This document shows positions 35,399 through 36,302 of a stretch of DNA of 36,302 nucleotides, piece by piece (the first letter of the stretch is position 1; each line of letters opens with the position of its first letter). The position numbers and the translations under genes are program-made. Location: UHGV virus genome UHGV-0197770. The stretch is one strand, 5' to 3'. This DNA is from a virus. Below the pieces are notes generated by a model, which ran no database searches, had not been told where the DNA came from, and saw only the letters and a program-made list of their open reading frames with translations.

Positions 35399-36302
35399 AT
35401 GGGAAACCTGAATGAAACAGAAAAGTGGGAAGAAAATATCTATCAACTGGAGACATCAGATCCGGTTCTGGGTGGTGCAGACGGGATATCAAATCGAGCC
35501 CCCCGGCAACTGGCAAACAGGACGAAATGGCTGAAGAAGAAAACGGAGGAAGCCGCACAGTCACTGGCTGAACACGTACGTTCCCGTAACCACCCGGACG
35601 CGACACTGACAGCTAAGGGGTTCACCCAACTGAGCAGTGCCACCAACAGCACCTCTGAAACGCTGGCCGCCACACCAAAAGCGGTCAAGGCTGCATACGA
35701 CCTGGCAGCCGGCAAGGCGCCTGCCAGCCACACTCACCCGTGGAGTCAGATAACGGGAGTGCCTGCGGCTTCACTGACGGCAAAAGGCACCGTACAACTG
35801 AGCAGCGCCACGGACAGTCAATCAGAAACTGAGGCTGCCACGCCGAAGGCTGTGAAAATCGCGTATGATCTGGCCCGGGGAAAATACACAGCCCAGGATG
35901 CAACAACGACCCGTAAAGGGATCGTACAACTGAGCAGTGCCATCAACAGCACGTCTGAAATACTGGCCGCCACACCGAAAGCGGTCAAGGCTGCATACGA
36001 TCTGGCAAACGGAAAACAACCGGCAGATGCCACGCTCACTGCTCTCGCAGGACTTGCCACTGCAGCAGATCGGTTGCCTTATTTTACCGGAGCAGACCGC
36101 GCAGCGCTGGCAACCCTTACAGCTATTGGTCGCGCGATTATCGCTAAGGGCAGTATAAAAGATGTCCTCAATTACCTTGGTTTAGGAGAAGGCTCGGCGC
36201 TACCCGTTGGTGTGCCTGTTCCGTGGCCCACCGCCACACCGCCAGCAGGCTGGTTAAAGTGCGACGGGCGCGCCTTTACAAAAGAACAATATCCTGTTCT
36301 GG
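35399..36302 (+). CDS. Tail fibre protein, 5-prime part (runs off the window end)
   Basis: ATG 2 nt after upstream stop, open to window end; three repeats of KG.VQLSSA.NSTSE.LAATPKAVKAAYDLA; WLKCDGRAFTKEQYPVL collar-like motif at the end. Confidence 0.8.
   Translation, partial: MGNLNETEKWEENIYQLETSDPVLGGADGISNRAPRQLANRTKWLKKKTEEAAQSLAEHVRSRNHPDATLTAKGFTQLSSATNSTSETLAATPKAVKAAYDLAAGKAPASHTHPWSQITGVPAASLTAKGTVQLSSATDSQSETEAATPKAVKIAYDLARGKYTAQDATTTRKGIVQLSSAINSTSEILAATPKAVKAAYDLANGKQPADATLTALAGLATAADRLPYFTGADRAALATLTAIGRAIIAKGSIKDVLNYLGLGEGSALPVGVPVPWPTATPPAGWLKCDGRAFTKEQYPVL
35598..36018 (+). repeat. Three tandem coding repeats (about 160 bp period) in tail fibre gene
   Basis: Repeated ACTGAGCAG(T/C)GCCA..AGC..TCTGAAA..CTGGCCGCCACACC(A/G)AAAGCGGTCAAGGCTGCATACGA(C/T)CTGGC blocks. 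Confidence 0.8.

Larger units (their letters stand above)
841..36302. mobile_element. Mu-like transposable prophage (BcepMu-like gene order); left end at about 841, right end beyond window
   Basis: DDE transposase plus MuB-like ATPase, Ner-like, Gam-like, GemA-like and Mor/C-like early genes, Mu/P2-type myovirus late genes; insertion inside a host ORF rather than at a tRNA; no tyrosine integrase. Confidence 0.8.

Noticed and set aside
1-36302. Search for tRNA, rRNA, tyrosine/serine integrase and att sites
   Set aside because: No cloverleaf-like or rRNA-like sequence and no integrase-like ORF found; integration is explained by the DDE transposase.

Overview
The window holds a host dinB gene (Escherichia-type DNA polymerase IV, with its LexA box) that is cut short at about nt 841 by a Mu-like transposable myovirus prophage, which then runs to the end of the window. 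The prophage has a leftward early operon: Ner-like and winged-helix regulators, a MuA-like DDE transposase, a MuB-like ATPase, Gam-like, MazG-like and GemA-like genes, and a Mor/C-family activator. A divergent XRE-family repressor follows, then an AT-rich cargo pair co-oriented with it, a convergent Dam-like methyltransferase, and a rightward late region. The late region carries a lysis cassette (SLT endolysin, embedded spanins), terminase, portal, head genes, sheath, tube, a chaperone with an overlapping frameshift ORF, a tape measure gene with an internal 261-bp tandem duplication, baseplate genes and a partial tail fibre. The most interesting candidate is the cargo pair at 10767..12982: an NdpA/YejK-like protein plus a protein with two C-terminal transmembrane helices, sitting where lambda carries rexAB. 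It matches no defence family I can name. No rRNA, tRNA, CRISPR array or tyrosine integrase was seen. All homology statements come from reading the translations and recalling family signatures; no database search was run.
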